Shown here piece after piece: positions 35,364 through 48,818 of a DNA stretch of 64,000 nucleotides. Under the pieces are notes generated by a model. It did not search any database and was not told where the DNA came from. It worked only from the letters and a program-made list of their open reading frames with translations. Each line of letters starts with the position of its first letter. Position 1 is the stretch's first letter. The stretch is from contig JBHGNT010000001.1 of NCBI GenBank assembly GCA_043228905.1, forward strand, positions 31,744,001 through 31,808,000. Direction: 5' to 3'. The stretch comes from Azolla caroliniana (lineage: Eukaryota > Plantae > Polypodiophyta). The position numbers were made by a program, and so were the translations under genes.

Positions 35364-36295
35364 CTAGGATTTCGGGTATCGTGTTGGTCGGCTCCATCTT
35401 CCAAGCAATTGCTCGTCTGTCTCTGTAACGGAAAGCTTTATTGCAACATCGTTCCATCTTGTATTTGATTGCAACGCCGTTTCATGTTGTTCTAGAGGAG
35501 ATAAAATCTTGATCGACCTCACATTGTTGATAAATGCCCTGAATTTGGGCACAAAAACATTGGTAACGTATTATCACCTCTATTTATCATTAATTATCTT
35601 TATTAGAGCAGTGAGGCTATGGCCAATATTTTGTGGAGAAGCATACCACAAAAAGAGCTTGATATTATTAAAGAACAAAAAGAGCATTTCCTAGCTGCTC
35701 TAGTGATCAGTATAATGCCTTTGTAAGTGTGACTGGTGCATCTATCAAATATTCAAACTAGATACTATAATGAAGCAAAAGAATACTTACTCCCAAGGAT
35801 CATCACCAAGAAGCAGCCAATCATTCTCTTTGTCCTTGAAAATAAGCTTCCAACCAGACTTTGGATCTTCTAGTTGGCCTTGAAGTCCAAATAGCCTCGC
35901 AAGCTCCAAACGAAGTTCATCATAATTGCTAAATCGCGTCACGTCCAACGATCGTCCAACAGAACCCGACTTGTAAATCTAAGAAATTCATCAAATCTCA
36001 AACCAAAGCTTTTACAAAGAATGGCATGTGTTATAAGCTTGCGCACACTCTCACACACACAAACCTTACTTCAGAGTCAATAACAACAATGGATGTCATA
36101 GTGTCCAACACATTTTGTACGATCAACGATATTTTGTATTGTTTTATTTTCCAAAGAAAAGTGAAAAAAGTTTAAACCTTCACCTAGATCATAGCTATCG
36201 CAAGGAGGTATCGAACACAACAACACAGACAAAACCCCACAACATGTTTGAGGTGGACATATCTCTAACCTTAATATTGGCTCCTAATGAAGGTT

Positions 36296-36328
<33 letters not shown>

Positions 36329-39300
36329 TGTTTGTGCACATATCATAGAATGACTACATGGATACATATGAGCTGTAAGGGTGTCTAGAAAAAAGAAGGA
36401 TGACATACCTTTGTATAGGTCCTTACAGGCGCACTAGCTTGTGTGAAAGCTCGCAGAAAGCAAGGATCATCCAGGCTTCGATTTAGAAGATCTTCGTTGT
36501 TCGAGCAAAGATCGATATCCGAAACGATGGACTTGCTTTCCACGAATTGAGTCATATAGGAGCCACGGATGTCATAACTATCTCCAAAAGATGCAGGACC
36601 AGGTGCTTGCATTGAGAGAGGCATGACAATGGACTCCAAACTATTCCCTCCACCATATAGAGACTGCCTTTGAATCTCAACTTCATGGTCATGTGGAAAA
36701 TCCTTGAAAAGAGAAGAATTCATAGGTAACCCTGATGCTGCTATGATCGGGTCGGTGCAAGCACTAGAGAAAGATCCTCCTCCCATTGGCCTTCTTGCCT
36801 CAGTAAGATCTGACATCAATCCACAAGAGAATTGGTTTCCAGATGATATCCATGATGTAGGTTCCTCGTGTTGATGAAGAAGATCTGAACCTGATACCAT
36901 TACTGGTGCATGTATGGATGGATGAATAATCGACATTGGGTTCACATGAAAGTTATCAGTATCTGATGCTGCCACGTTTCCGAAAACGGATTGGAGTGTA
37001 TTGGAAGTGGCTGAGCAGCTTGATACTACGCTAGATTCACATAGTGTGGATTCAGGTGTGGATACTATACTGTTCTGTGATGCTTGAGAGTGGAAAGACG
37101 GGAAATGTGTCGGAGGATTATTCAAACCATGAGATGAATTCTGGTCCACTTGTCCTCTGCCATTATTCGATACCGACTGTTGAGCTTTCAGATAGTGCTG
37201 TTCTCGCTCTACTACCGATTCTTGAGAAACAACCTCGTGTTGGAAAGGTTGATGTGAGAGAGGAGGGTTATACTTCTGGGGAGGAAGACAAGAAGAAATA
37301 GATGGATTATGATGGTATTGATGGTGGTGGTTGTGTTCTTGTTTTGGATTTTTTTGTGAACAATCGATATCATGTGGACGTGAAATCTCTTGTTGGGTTG
37401 GTTTCGGTTGTGGCCGATCAGTATCATGTGAATTTGAAAGCTCTTGTTGTTCTGATTTTGGGTGATGAAGAACCTGATGTGGGTGGTTCAATTGCATTTT
37501 ATTGGAGGTTTCAAGAGGTGATCCAGGTAGAGGAGTCTCAGGATGCGGCAAAGGTTGAGCCAAAACCTGGGGTTTTTGTGATTGAATCTGAGACTGAACC
37601 TGCTGAGGCTGGGATTGAAGTTGAGGTTGAACGTGGGGTGTCTGGGGGTGAAGCTGAGGTTGAACGTGAGGCTGGGATTGAAGCTGAGGTTGATTCTGGG
37701 ATTCAGATTGATTTTGGAGCTGAGATTGAACCTGGGACTGAGATTGAAGCTGAACTTGAGATTGAGCCTGGGACTGAGATTGAATCTGAAGTTGAGGATA
37801 AGAAGGATAAGGATGAGGATGAAACTGGGACAGGTGAATGTTGTTTTGTAGATGAAGCTGTGGCTGATACTGAAGCTGGAACTGTGAATGATACTGAGGC
37901 TGGAGCTGAATCTGCTGCCGTATTTGTGTCTGTGTCTGTGTCTCACTATGAGTTTGCATTTGGAAATGTTGCTGTGGAAGAGAAGGCAATGGTTGTGCTC
38001 TGTAGTTGATGGGATCAACATAGAAGGTTTTATTTTGTGGCTGCTGGAAAGTCAATTGTTTTGAAGGAAGATTTTCTGGTACTGCTCCATGAATCAACTC
38101 GGATCTCGACTGTGATGATGATGTCAAAGTATTATTGATCTCATTGTTATTACTTTGAAAGTCCATCCACATAGAGGATCTCTTTAAGCTTTCAACACCT
38201 AAATCTGTAGTAGTACCACAGTCATGAGAAGAAAGCGATATAACCTGCTCAGATCCATTCTTAGAGCTACATTTCACTGCACTCTAATATATTTATGCTA
38301 AAACATTTATATCTATCTCCATGTTTGATTCCATTTAGCAGGTTTATTATCTCTGAAGCTCCTGAATATTAAGTTTCTCTCTCTTAATCAAGTAACCAGG
38401 GGATAACGTTTTCCATCAAAATACTAAGGAATTTTTAGCAATCAAGTCATCAAGTTTCTCTCTCTTAATTAAGTAAAAAGCAGACAACTTTTTAGCTTAG
38501 CCTATGTTTTTCCTCTTTATATCCAATTATGTATATGTATATGGTATGTGAGACAAGAAAGTGATGCATATTTAGTATTTTTGTTTCAAGTAATGCCATT
38601 AAATCTTAATGGGTAAAGTGGCTCTTAACATCATGCTACATAATGGGTAAGAAGAATCTATAACGGTGTACAGATTTACCTCCTAGGAATGCACCACTCA
38701 TGATTGGCTGAGGCCATGGATCCTTCAAACTCCAGTCGGAAGATTGAGGATACACAAGAAAAGTGGTCAGTGGTTCAATCTCCCATAAAGAAACACGTCT
38801 TTGTCGATCACCAGCTGATGACTCATCCCACCCAACCTGTAATAAAAGCGATTAAATACCTCTGTGAAAGTAATAACAGGGCATGATTCACTCCAACTGA
38901 CCTTAATTGAACGCCAATATGAACTTGGCCAACGAACAGGATCCAGGTCACTCATGCCAGTAATGAACCCCATGAACCTAATTGTGTATACTAACTGTCA
39001 GCTCCAGATAGAAAACCACATGTACACACTATCTAGGTCACTGATGAAACCATATGTTCATAAATAAAAAAAACACTCACCAATAATGAAAACAATAATG
39101 TTTTTACCTTCTAACACTGGATTCCTCTGTTTCAAATAGCATCCGAAATCGCATGCCAACTGAGACATGTGTGCGGATGGCTCTTTCAAACTTCGAAAAC
39201 GGAATCACAAATGGTGAAGGGCTTGCTCTAGAACATTAAAATGGGAATTAATCAATGTAACCAAGATAATTGCATCATTTATCAGGATCAATACAAGTTT

Positions 39301-42042
39301 CAAATAATCTTAGTGTATTACCTAGGATTGTAAAAAACAGTAAAACGGCTATTAGTGTTGGCTGCATGTGCAGCAGCAGCCAAAACTCCGATGTGCATGC
39401 TGTCACTCGACAAAACAAATGATGGCATGACTGTCTGAGGTCTTGTTGTACGACGGATTCCTAGAAGAAGTTTCCCTTTATCATTCCTATAGTCAAAGAA
39501 TGTGAGCACTGAAAGTTAAAGCCAATTTGAAAAAAAAGAACTCATGTTATAGTACTTCAATCATCCAAATCCAAAGGATGTATGTGAGTATTCAATCTCA
39601 TTGTACATAAAATTTTAAAACTTCAAAGTAATGGATTAGATCAAAACAAAATTGAAAAATGATAAGCAGGGAGGGAGAGAGGAAGTAGGATGGAAAGGTC
39701 AAGAGTGTATAAATTTTTTTCTTAGTACTACATAGGAAATGTTGTGAAATGCGCGTGGAAGTCTGGCGGTCCAAAAACAGAAGATACCATAGACCATTGA
39801 TATTGAGTGTGTAGAATGTAACCTGATGAAAAGAACAGAATCGCCAGCAAGAAGTCGTTTGGCACTCACAAAGACGCTCCAGCCAGTGGTGAGCAAATGC
39901 CTTTTTGGCTGCCCTGCATTACATCATTATTGTTAATATCTATCTATGTGGGTGTGTATATATATACATACATATATGACTTTCAAATGTAAGATTTGGA
40001 ATCTTGAGACTCATCGTAATAATAGTACCTCGATAAATGTGGCGGAATTTCCATTCATTTCCATGCAAATCTTGAGCAATAAGCTCTTGTACAGGAGGTT
40101 GTTGTGTGTAGTCCTGAAATGCTTGCATGTCCAGTGATTCAGAACAAACCTTGATATTTCATCTCTATTTAAAACTATTTTTTTTGCATGCATATCAACA
40201 TAAGAGATCCACCATATAAAAGCAAAAGAAGTAAGAAGGTCTTACAAGTGATGGAAATACTTTCTCCGCAGCTTTTCGGGGTATAGAGAATCCGCCATGT
40301 GTGCTTGTGTCGCTAGTGGTCAATGTTTTGCAGAAAAAAATGCTGGGTTGCCTGCTTGGGGAGTCCAAGTCAGGAACACAATAGGGTTCCTTCTTGTGAA
40401 AATTTGAAATTAGATAAGATTTCTTTCTAACTTCCGCGAATCCAAATTCAACAAATGTACAAACGAAAGTAATGACACCCAAAATGACTCATGTGACTAT
40501 CTATATGAGACCTGTATGTGGAGAGAGAGAAAGAGAGTATGTGTGTGTGAGAGAGAGCCCTTGTGAGTCATCACATTCACCACTTTCATCTCTAATCTTA
40601 TCTTTGCTGCATATTATTTTTACTTCTCATACATATCTTCCATTCCCATTCACTTTGTTTTCTAAACAAGATAACCTTCCATTAGTTTTAAGAAGCATGT
40701 CTGCTAAAAAATACAACCAATAGCTCAGCGTTGCCGCTTCCAGCAACACCTTTGTTACAAAAGACTTCAAAAGCTTCCTTTAGAGCCTTGTGAAAGAGGG
40801 AATGATGTACAAAGCATTATTCACATATTGCAGATATTTATCATGCAATTCAAACACATTCCGTACAAATGCCTGGTCTAATCCCATTCACTTTGTTGTA
40901 TTGAATTTAGGGCAGAAATAGAAGAAGATAGAGAAGAGACAGCAGAAATAATAGTAATTTCAGTTGGTCCATATCAAGATCAGAAAAATTCATGTGAGAT
41001 GTGGAATGCCATATGATGCTATCAAACTGCATCAAAAACTGAAGGAATGCTGAGTAATACATGGTGCAACATATTTTTGTGGCCCTTATCAAAGCTTGTT
41101 CGCAGCTTGAGGGAATGTCTCTGGATGCGATAACAGTTGATTTTAAGGTTGCAATGGCATAGAATCCATTGATAAAGGCCAAGAAATCCATAGTCAGCTT
41201 GTAAAAAGAGGGTTTTTTTTTAAATCAATATTGCTGATGGCAATTCCTTGCTTGATATGGATGGCAAATATGGCTGGGTTGCTGAAGCTACACGAGTGTT
41301 CAACAGTTTTCCAGTTAAAGATGTTGTCTCGTGGACATCACTAATACCAGGATATGCAATATTCATTGTAATAGTGGACTATTTTGTATATTGCCTCTGG
41401 CCACTTTAATTTTAATACCAATGGAGGATATTTTTTATGGAAAAAAAGATCAGAAAAATTCATATTTATGTCGACAGAATGCCAAGCCAAAGATGACGGT
41501 TTATGAGGGTAAAAATGAGCAAATCAAATAAAAACCCTTCCTGTCCAAGATTTACATTCAAATGGAAAACATAGGAGTTAAAGCTTACCCCCATAACAGG
41601 CTGCAGAATCATCTGGCAGTAAACTTCATCGGTTTCTTTGTCAGCCTGTGCCAAACAAAGAAAAACAAATCAATGATGCAAAATGCTAGAAGAAAGAGCG
41701 AAATTAAAAGCAATAATACCATTCATACATGTAGAATAATATCATTGAGATGGCACACCAACTGAGGAGGAAGATTGGGGTATGCTGGAATGTGTCCATC
41801 CACTTCCTTCTGAGTGGATGCTGCAACCTAATCATGACATTATCTTTTCACCCTTGTAATCTGTATAAACTCACATCTACATTTTGCTTTCCATAATTCA
41901 GAATAAAAGGAAGTAAGAGCATACTTGTTCACTATGGCCTTGAGGAAGGTAAACAACATGACTTCCAACCGCCGGTAATGATACCAGGGGTCCAGCACAA
42001 GCATGCCATAGCTCTGAATTAAGATTTTTTGCTTCCCCTGCA

Positions 42043-42075
<33 letters not shown>

Positions 42076-43481
42076 AAAAACAGTATACATAGCATCAATA
42101 CACCAGTCACATTTAGTGTGCTGAGCTCTATAGCGAGGAAAATTAAAAAAATAAAGCAAGTGGAGTCTTCACAAAAAACCAGAGAGGAGGATATATCATA
42201 TCGTGGCATTGTATAGATATTGTCTGTATACTTAACAAAAGTGAAGTACACTACACTCTTACATAGGCTTTGTCTAACGTCATGAAGCAAAATGGCATAA
42301 GCTGTTACATTGCAATTGGATTCTTTTTCTTTTTGAGAAACATGGCATTTGGATGGAACTGAACACATGATAAATCTTTTATAAGTCAATGGATTTGGCA
42401 AAGAATGAGTCTAACAGATCCCTGGTTAGGCTTCAACATCTTCATGTTGTTCCTAGATACAAATCCTTTGTCTCCCACTGGTTGATCAAATCTTCACCTT
42501 ATATGAGCAGGTAATTTCATATACTAAGAATTCATTTGTAAAGTGATTGATAGGCGATTCCTAACCACTATAGAGGCTTACCATTTCATTGATATGGTTC
42601 ACTCAACCTACGCATGCACATCCAAAGGCCAAGGAAGACATCCTTGTGATGATGACTTCCCCAATTCAGGGCCATGCATGGCTATGATAATGATCCAGTA
42701 AAGACCGAGAACATCATATTTATGTCCATAAAATATCCTGCAGCTTGAAGTGGCATATGGGATCAAGCATTAAGACACTAGATGTTCCAATCTACGAACT
42801 TCTTGGGGGAAAATATACTTTGGCACAGGCTTGATGTACCATCATCATTGGAATTCACTTACATTTGCCCATGCCAACCTCAAGGGAAACATTATGATTT
42901 TATACAAATTTTTGATGTAGAGATTAGTTAAAAACCTAGATATCCCATACGACTAGAATTTTTTAATAAGATACATCTACTAAATATCATAATGAATTGG
43001 GTTTAGGTTTAAGAAGTCTTCAATTATTGCTCTTCCCTCATCAATCTACTACCCAAGAGATAAACAAACAGACATTTGATAGATCAAGTGATACTCTTGC
43101 CGGCGTAGGAGGCCAAATATGACCTGTATGAGAACCAAAGGTAACAGTTTTGGGCCATTTTTGTGAAGATTATAAATCATTCTCAAAGTTCAAGAATTTT
43201 ACTCATAAATTTTGAATATGTGTGTTATTTGTGTGTTTGAGAGAGAGAGAGAGAGAAGTCTTACTCTAGTAATGATGCAAAAGAGGATATGTTATAGATG
43301 CATTCAGAAGCATAATAAGGTTTTGGTAAGTTCGAGCAACAAATTGAGCCATTAGGATTATCACACCATAGAATGGCTAAGAAACACAGAAACAAACATA
43401 GAGAGGGGGGAGAGAATAGAGATGTGAGTTGGTACCTGGAGGAACAACAGTGGTGGAATTATCTTGGTTAGAGAGCCTCAT
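35364..43481 (-). CDS. ARF: Class-A (activator) auxin response factor, ARF6/8-like (B3 DBD + ARF domain + Q-rich middle region + PB1); 14 exons, ~1128 aa
   Basis: MRLS...[17 protein letters not shown]; [17 protein letters not shown]; [21 protein letters not shown]; [16 protein letters not shown]; VGWDES...[12 protein letters not shown]; [17 protein letters not shown]; LLGDDPWE. Exons: 43481-43436, 42037-41925, 41827-41729, 41645-41589, 40392-40246, 40113-40029, 39913-39823, 39486-39322, 39227-39108, 38977-38902, 38836-38680, 38276-36409, 35978-35791, 35538-35364 (3387 nt). An in-frame alternative ATG lies at 43502. Confidence 0.95.
41065..41360 (+). pseudogene. PLS-class pentatricopeptide-repeat (PPR) gene fragment inside ARF intron 4, antisense to ARF
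   Basis: Frameshifted translation: [21 protein letters not shown] / [17 protein letters not shown] / [40 protein letters not shown], typical P-L-S PPR motifs. Confidence 0.8.
43106..43205. repeat. Partial, inverted third member of the 24911/27643 repeat family, in ARF intron 1
   Basis: ggaggccaaatatgacctgtatgagaaccaaa...gttcaagaattttac matches the reverse complement of 27765-27860 (ggaggtcaaatatgacctatgagaccaaaa...gttcaagaactttac). Confidence 0.55.
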
Positions 43482-43619
43482 CTGAGAAGAATTTATCAAC
43501 ATGACTAAAGAATATCTGTTTTCTCTTTAAAGAAGAATTAGAGAGAGAATGATGAGAAAGGGAGAAGGAGGGGGGAGAGAATGAAAGAATCATCAAAATG
43601 AGTGAGGAATCATATGACT

Positions 43620-43946
43620 AGTAGCTGCTAGTAGAAGTAGTAGTAGTAGTAGTAGTTAGTAGTAGTGGCCAAAGGAAGATGCATATTGTGATGACTATTA
43701 ACAAGATGTGTGGGCAGAATGTTAAAGCTTTGTTTCATTTGTTTGTTTGTGTTAGAGTTGGTGGTGGTGTTGTAATTATCGTTATGAGTGGCCGTAAGTT
43801 TTTGATAAGGACACATGTTCTGAGGAGTGATGGGCACTTGGATTCTGAGTGTGGAGAGAGAGAGAGAGGAGAATTCAGTTGCTATCGAATGTGAGGAGAA
43901 CAGAGGATTGAGTATACTATAAAGAAAACCATGGGGGGGACAGAGA

Positions 43947-44029
<83 letters not shown>

Positions 44030-44505
44030 GAGGGGAGGGGAGGTTGTAGAATTGGGTTGCAACTTGCCAGAGAAGAACAGAGAGATAGATAGCGAGAGAT
44101 GTAAATAACACAGAGAATTGACTGTACTGTTGGAATGGGAGGAGAGAGGAGGTAGATCAGACAATGAGAGAGAGAGAGAGAGAGAGAAAGAAAGAGAAAG
44201 AGAGTTGAGTGAGTGAGTGAGTGTAAGCTAATTTAATAGAGGATTGGTGTGTGCAGATCAATGGTGTACTTTGTGGAAAAAGAATGAAGGAAGGAAGGAA
44301 GGAAGGAAGGAATGATTATGGTTTTCTGCAAGAAGCATGCTCAACCAAAGGGACAGAGAGAGAGAGAGACAGAGGAGAAAAAGGGAAAAAAAGAGTAAAT
44401 GGTGAAGGAGGAGGAGGAGAGGGAACCTTATTCTCTTCTATAGATATTAGAGAGTAGTAGTAGTAGCAGTAGTAGTAGTAGTAGTAGTAAGAGGAGACAT
44501 CTCAG

Positions 44506-44561
<56 letters not shown>

Positions 44562-45060
44562 CCTCTCTGTGTCTGTGTCTTGCTACTAAGTAAAGCTCCA
44601 TTCCTTTTATTAAGGCTTATGTTTTTCTTCATTCTCTGTTTTCCTTTTTTTGTTTTCTTTTTTTTTGGGACCAAAACAATTATGCTCATATAAGAATAAT
44701 AAAGAAATCAATTTCTAAGCAAAACAGAATGAATAAAGAAATAGTAACCTCTTTATTCCACATCTCCCTAAGTCTAGACTCTACATATATACAACACACA
44801 CACAAACTATTGGCCTTGGAATTATACCCCCCCCCCCCCCCCCCCCCCCAACACACACATGCACATACACACACACTTCTAAAAATAAAGACCAAAAATC
44901 AAGAAGAAAGAAGAATGAGGAGGAGGAAGAAGAAGAAGAAGAAAAGGTGTTGGTGTTGGTGTTGGTGTTGGTGTTGGTGTTAGTGTTAGTGTTGGTCCCC
45001 CCCCCCCCCCTAGTACACACATACTATCACTACTACTACTATATCACTACCCTCCTACAC
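43620..45060. repeat. Microsatellite-dense ARF leader/promoter: (TAG)n, (GA)~37, (GAAG)n, (CT)n, poly-C, (GTGTTG)n
   Basis: Seen directly: (GA)n 43951-44025, (CT)n 44507-44556, C-runs at about 44827-44849 and 44997-45011, (GTGTTG)n 44947-44995. Confidence 0.9.
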
Positions 45061-48000
45061 ATGTAGCTATGCTAGCTACCCACCTTCTAGAAGAACGCAA
45101 CACACATGCCCACACCTTCTACCTCCAATGGAACCTCTTATTTTGAGTTACCTCTTTTTCACCTTTCCTAGGCATTCATTCAATCATACCTAACATCCAT
45201 AGCTCGCACGTTATACTCCTCCCTCCTCGACTTGTAAAAATAAAATAAAACTGCATCCTCCTCGTCTTCTCTCCAAAGCATCAAGAGGGAGTTGCTCTAT
45301 CAAGATCCACACACGCGCGCGCGCACACACACACAAGCCTGAGATATGGTACTTTTTGGCCCCATGTGCCATCTATTATTTGACTGTGTCGAGGATTAGT
45401 AATAAAAACCTCTTTCCGAATGCAATGTTAAATATACATAGTATCGTTGTCATCTCGAGCCATGAACGCCTTATCCTTTTCCATGCATGTATAGTTTTAC
45501 CCTTTCGTGAATTGTATACATGGGTGTGTTACGAAAGAAGGGCGGATAAGGTATTGGTCATTTGTCACCAAGATATTAAGTATATTCTTTGGCCTTAAAA
45601 GCTAGCTCTAGCATACCAAACTTTACCCAAAAGTGTTAATCTATGATTTTGGGTGGCGTATGTGTTGTGTGTGTTAATTGATGTTCACAACTTTGGTTTT
45701 TACAGCATATACATTTGCATTAAATCAAACACTTATAACACTCATCAAATGTATAATTTCTTTCCTTTGACTATTGAAGTATTTTTTTTGTAATGTGATT
45801 AATTGAGATATCATATGTGCACATTTTGTGCGTTAGGACATCATTGTTAATCTTATGGTAGCATAAGGTATAGATTTATTCTATGTCTGTTATTGGTATA
45901 GAACTTCCCTGCTATATCATATTGCTTTCATATATGTTATTTGTGACCATTACATGTACCCAAAACACATCAAACATTTTATGAAATGTGTTGATACAAT
46001 ATTAGTGTGAGAGCTACTACACGTACAAATATCCGTTTATCGTGCATGTTCAAGGAAGAATAGCAATGTAATTTATGCGAGGTAAGTGTTTAGTTACCTT
46101 GAAGACATGTATATTGTTATAAAGGAGAGGATTTGCAATAAGGTGAATCTTCTTTTCCAAAAGGTAGCTATAATGGCTCGGCGACTTATCATACATCTAT
46201 CATCATCGAGAGTAAATGGATAGTTTTTGTACTTTTTCGACTGAAGGAGTGTAATAATTATGTGGATCTCAATCTTGCTCTCTATGTGACCCATTCAAGA
46301 ATGAGAATAATCTAACCAGAAAAACATTAGTTACTAGAATCCAAATTATAAAAGTGACAAAGAAGATTTGATCATCCGAAAAGATCGAGTTGAGTATATA
46401 TGCAGGGATTAAACAAAAATGCACCTCGCTAAATAAGCATTGTGCCAATAAAACTACTTGCTGTAGAATGATAAATGATTGGGTCACATTAACAACTACA
46501 ACAATTTTCAAAAGTCAATTTATGGATGTTATGGTGACTCATACTATGCCCATATGTTTAAAATCATGTTAACGAGACTAAAAGTGTCGCATGTAGACAT
46601 GCGATCGCACACGTATGTACCGTTTTATCGTAAAATTTTACTGTGCATACATCATACATAATAACTTCATAATGTGTGAAACACACAATGCAAAGCATTG
46701 CAAGTAAAGAGCAAGTAACTCCAAATCCAAATGTTCGTAATGCACATATGATCCTTCCATAAATGTTTGAGGAAGTAGGTACGTGGTCCCAATATCACTT
46801 GTTCGCTTTCTTTTCTTCTCCCTCTCACTCTTAAAGTTTACTTACACTTCTCACATCCAAGGTAGTCTCACACATGATGTAGTTGAGTTCGACAAATGTA
46901 TATACCACCCGTCGACTTTGTTTGATTGGTGACATCTCATGTGCAAGGTAGAGGGTTCCAATATGAAATTTTGGCATAGGGGTACTAAGTATGGCGACAT
47001 CAAACCCTTAAAGTTTGTTTATTCCACTCACATGAAGGAGAGTGGTCCACATTGTAGTCGAGCTCAATAAGGCTTGTCCCATCAATTGACTTTGTATGAT
47101 CAAAATCTCATGTACAAGGTCAAGGTTTTGTTCATTTATATGATTATCATTCTGTTGTCAAGGTTAAGGTTGCAATCCGGATTGCCAAGCCAACAAGGTG
47201 CAAACATGCATGGTCCACGTAGGGGTTTGGCTCGATGCAATATGTACATCTATAAAATTTTACGTGCCTCCATCCTCGTCTCCATGGCCAACTTTGGTGA
47301 GGCTTTTGGACATTATGTTGTTGTTGTGAAAGCAAAGTTATTCATGCCTCTCTATATGGATAGTGGCCCTTGTAGGGCAACAAAGTCCAGTACCTTGTGC
47401 TAGTGAGTGAGAAACCTTGACAATTAGGGTAAATATCAAGACCTAGCCATATTTTAAATCATTATGCATCTTTGTTCCATGATTCAAACATATTATTCGT
47501 TTACCTCATACAAGCTTGCCCTTGCTAACCTTCCAAAAACAATCCATGCAAGAATCAATTGTCATATGGAAAACAATGCCAATTTACGTTGCTCCAAAAT
47601 TTCATGCATATGGTCCATATGCCAACACATTATGTGGTGTTAATTGTGTCTTGCTCCTCAAAGGGCATTTACAAGTACGACGCTTCCCTTTCCTCCAAAT
47701 ACGAACCTCCCCCCGAATCCATGTTATTTACCTTTTGCCAATCTCCTACACTAGGCATTCCTAAGAGATGAATATATATTTGTATTTTTTAAACAATATT
47801 TTGCATATCCCTTGGCCTTAAAAGCTAATGTTAAGAACTTTAAGGCTTCATATACTAGCAACCATCGCCACTTCATCCTTACATAAGCTTAAGAGCCAAT
47901 GCCTCTTACCAATACTAACTGCAAAACTTTCAAGTTAATTCAATTGATTGTTTGTGACATATGCCAAAGTTGTTAATGGTTGTCCTACTATTTCATTGTC

Positions 48001-48657
48001 ACAAACAATAGTATCAACTTGTGAACACCAACTTGAAAGTTGAGTGTATGAGAAACTCCAAATATAAATGTACCAACATATAAACAACATACTCTACAAA
48101 TTATAATTACCTCAACACCCTATACATTATCATTCACTACATGTTCTATAGAAAGTTACTTGAACGAGGAGATTGACCAATATTATAACCATTAGTTTTA
48201 ACCCAAAAATATGCCGCATCTAGCAGTTGTTTCATTGGTCAATGAAAAGACAACATTCATAAATACGCAACATGGGTGCATGGTTTTAGAAAGTGCTCTT
48301 TGCAAAACAAATTGTTTTGACAAGGTATATATCATGTAAGTGGATGACAAATTCAATAACATTTATTTGTATTCTTTAGGCTTGAATATTAGTTGTGAGT
48401 TTATTGGGCTATTTAGTAATCATTTGACCACTGTGTTCTTGGGCAAGGAGTCTTATTTCATATAGGTTTTATCTATCAAGAGGGGAAACAATGTATGAAT
48501 TTCTCGTTGCGCATTCTCGGGCCTTGATCATCAAGATTTACCATGTTGGTTGTGTTTCAAATAAATAAGAATATCGAACTAATTGTTTGGCACTCTCTTG
48601 ATATATACATACATATAAAACAATATTGGATGAGAATCAAGCCATATTGAATCCATA

Positions 48658-48818
48658 TTTTTTTAATTTTTTAATTTAAAAAAATGAAGATTCACCTTGG
48701 TATTAATGGAGAGATGCCCAAAGGCTACAACGAAATCATACAATAGATTACAACCCTCATACCCACATCAACCAACATGTGGAGTATCAAAAGCCCTCAT
48801 GAAGGTTGTTCCAAGACG
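48658..48818 (-). mobile_element. 3'-terminal fragment of the same LINE family as 52540-54181, inverted
   Basis: Its reverse complement aligns with 54029-54181 (cgtcttggaacaaccttcatgagggcttttgatactc...attaataccaaggtgaa.cttc plus an A-rich tail). Confidence 0.85.

Noticed and set aside
37302-38021. Overlapping ORFs rich in E/A/G/I or L/N/R
   Set aside because: Alternative-frame and antisense shadows of the repetitive ARF middle-region exon.
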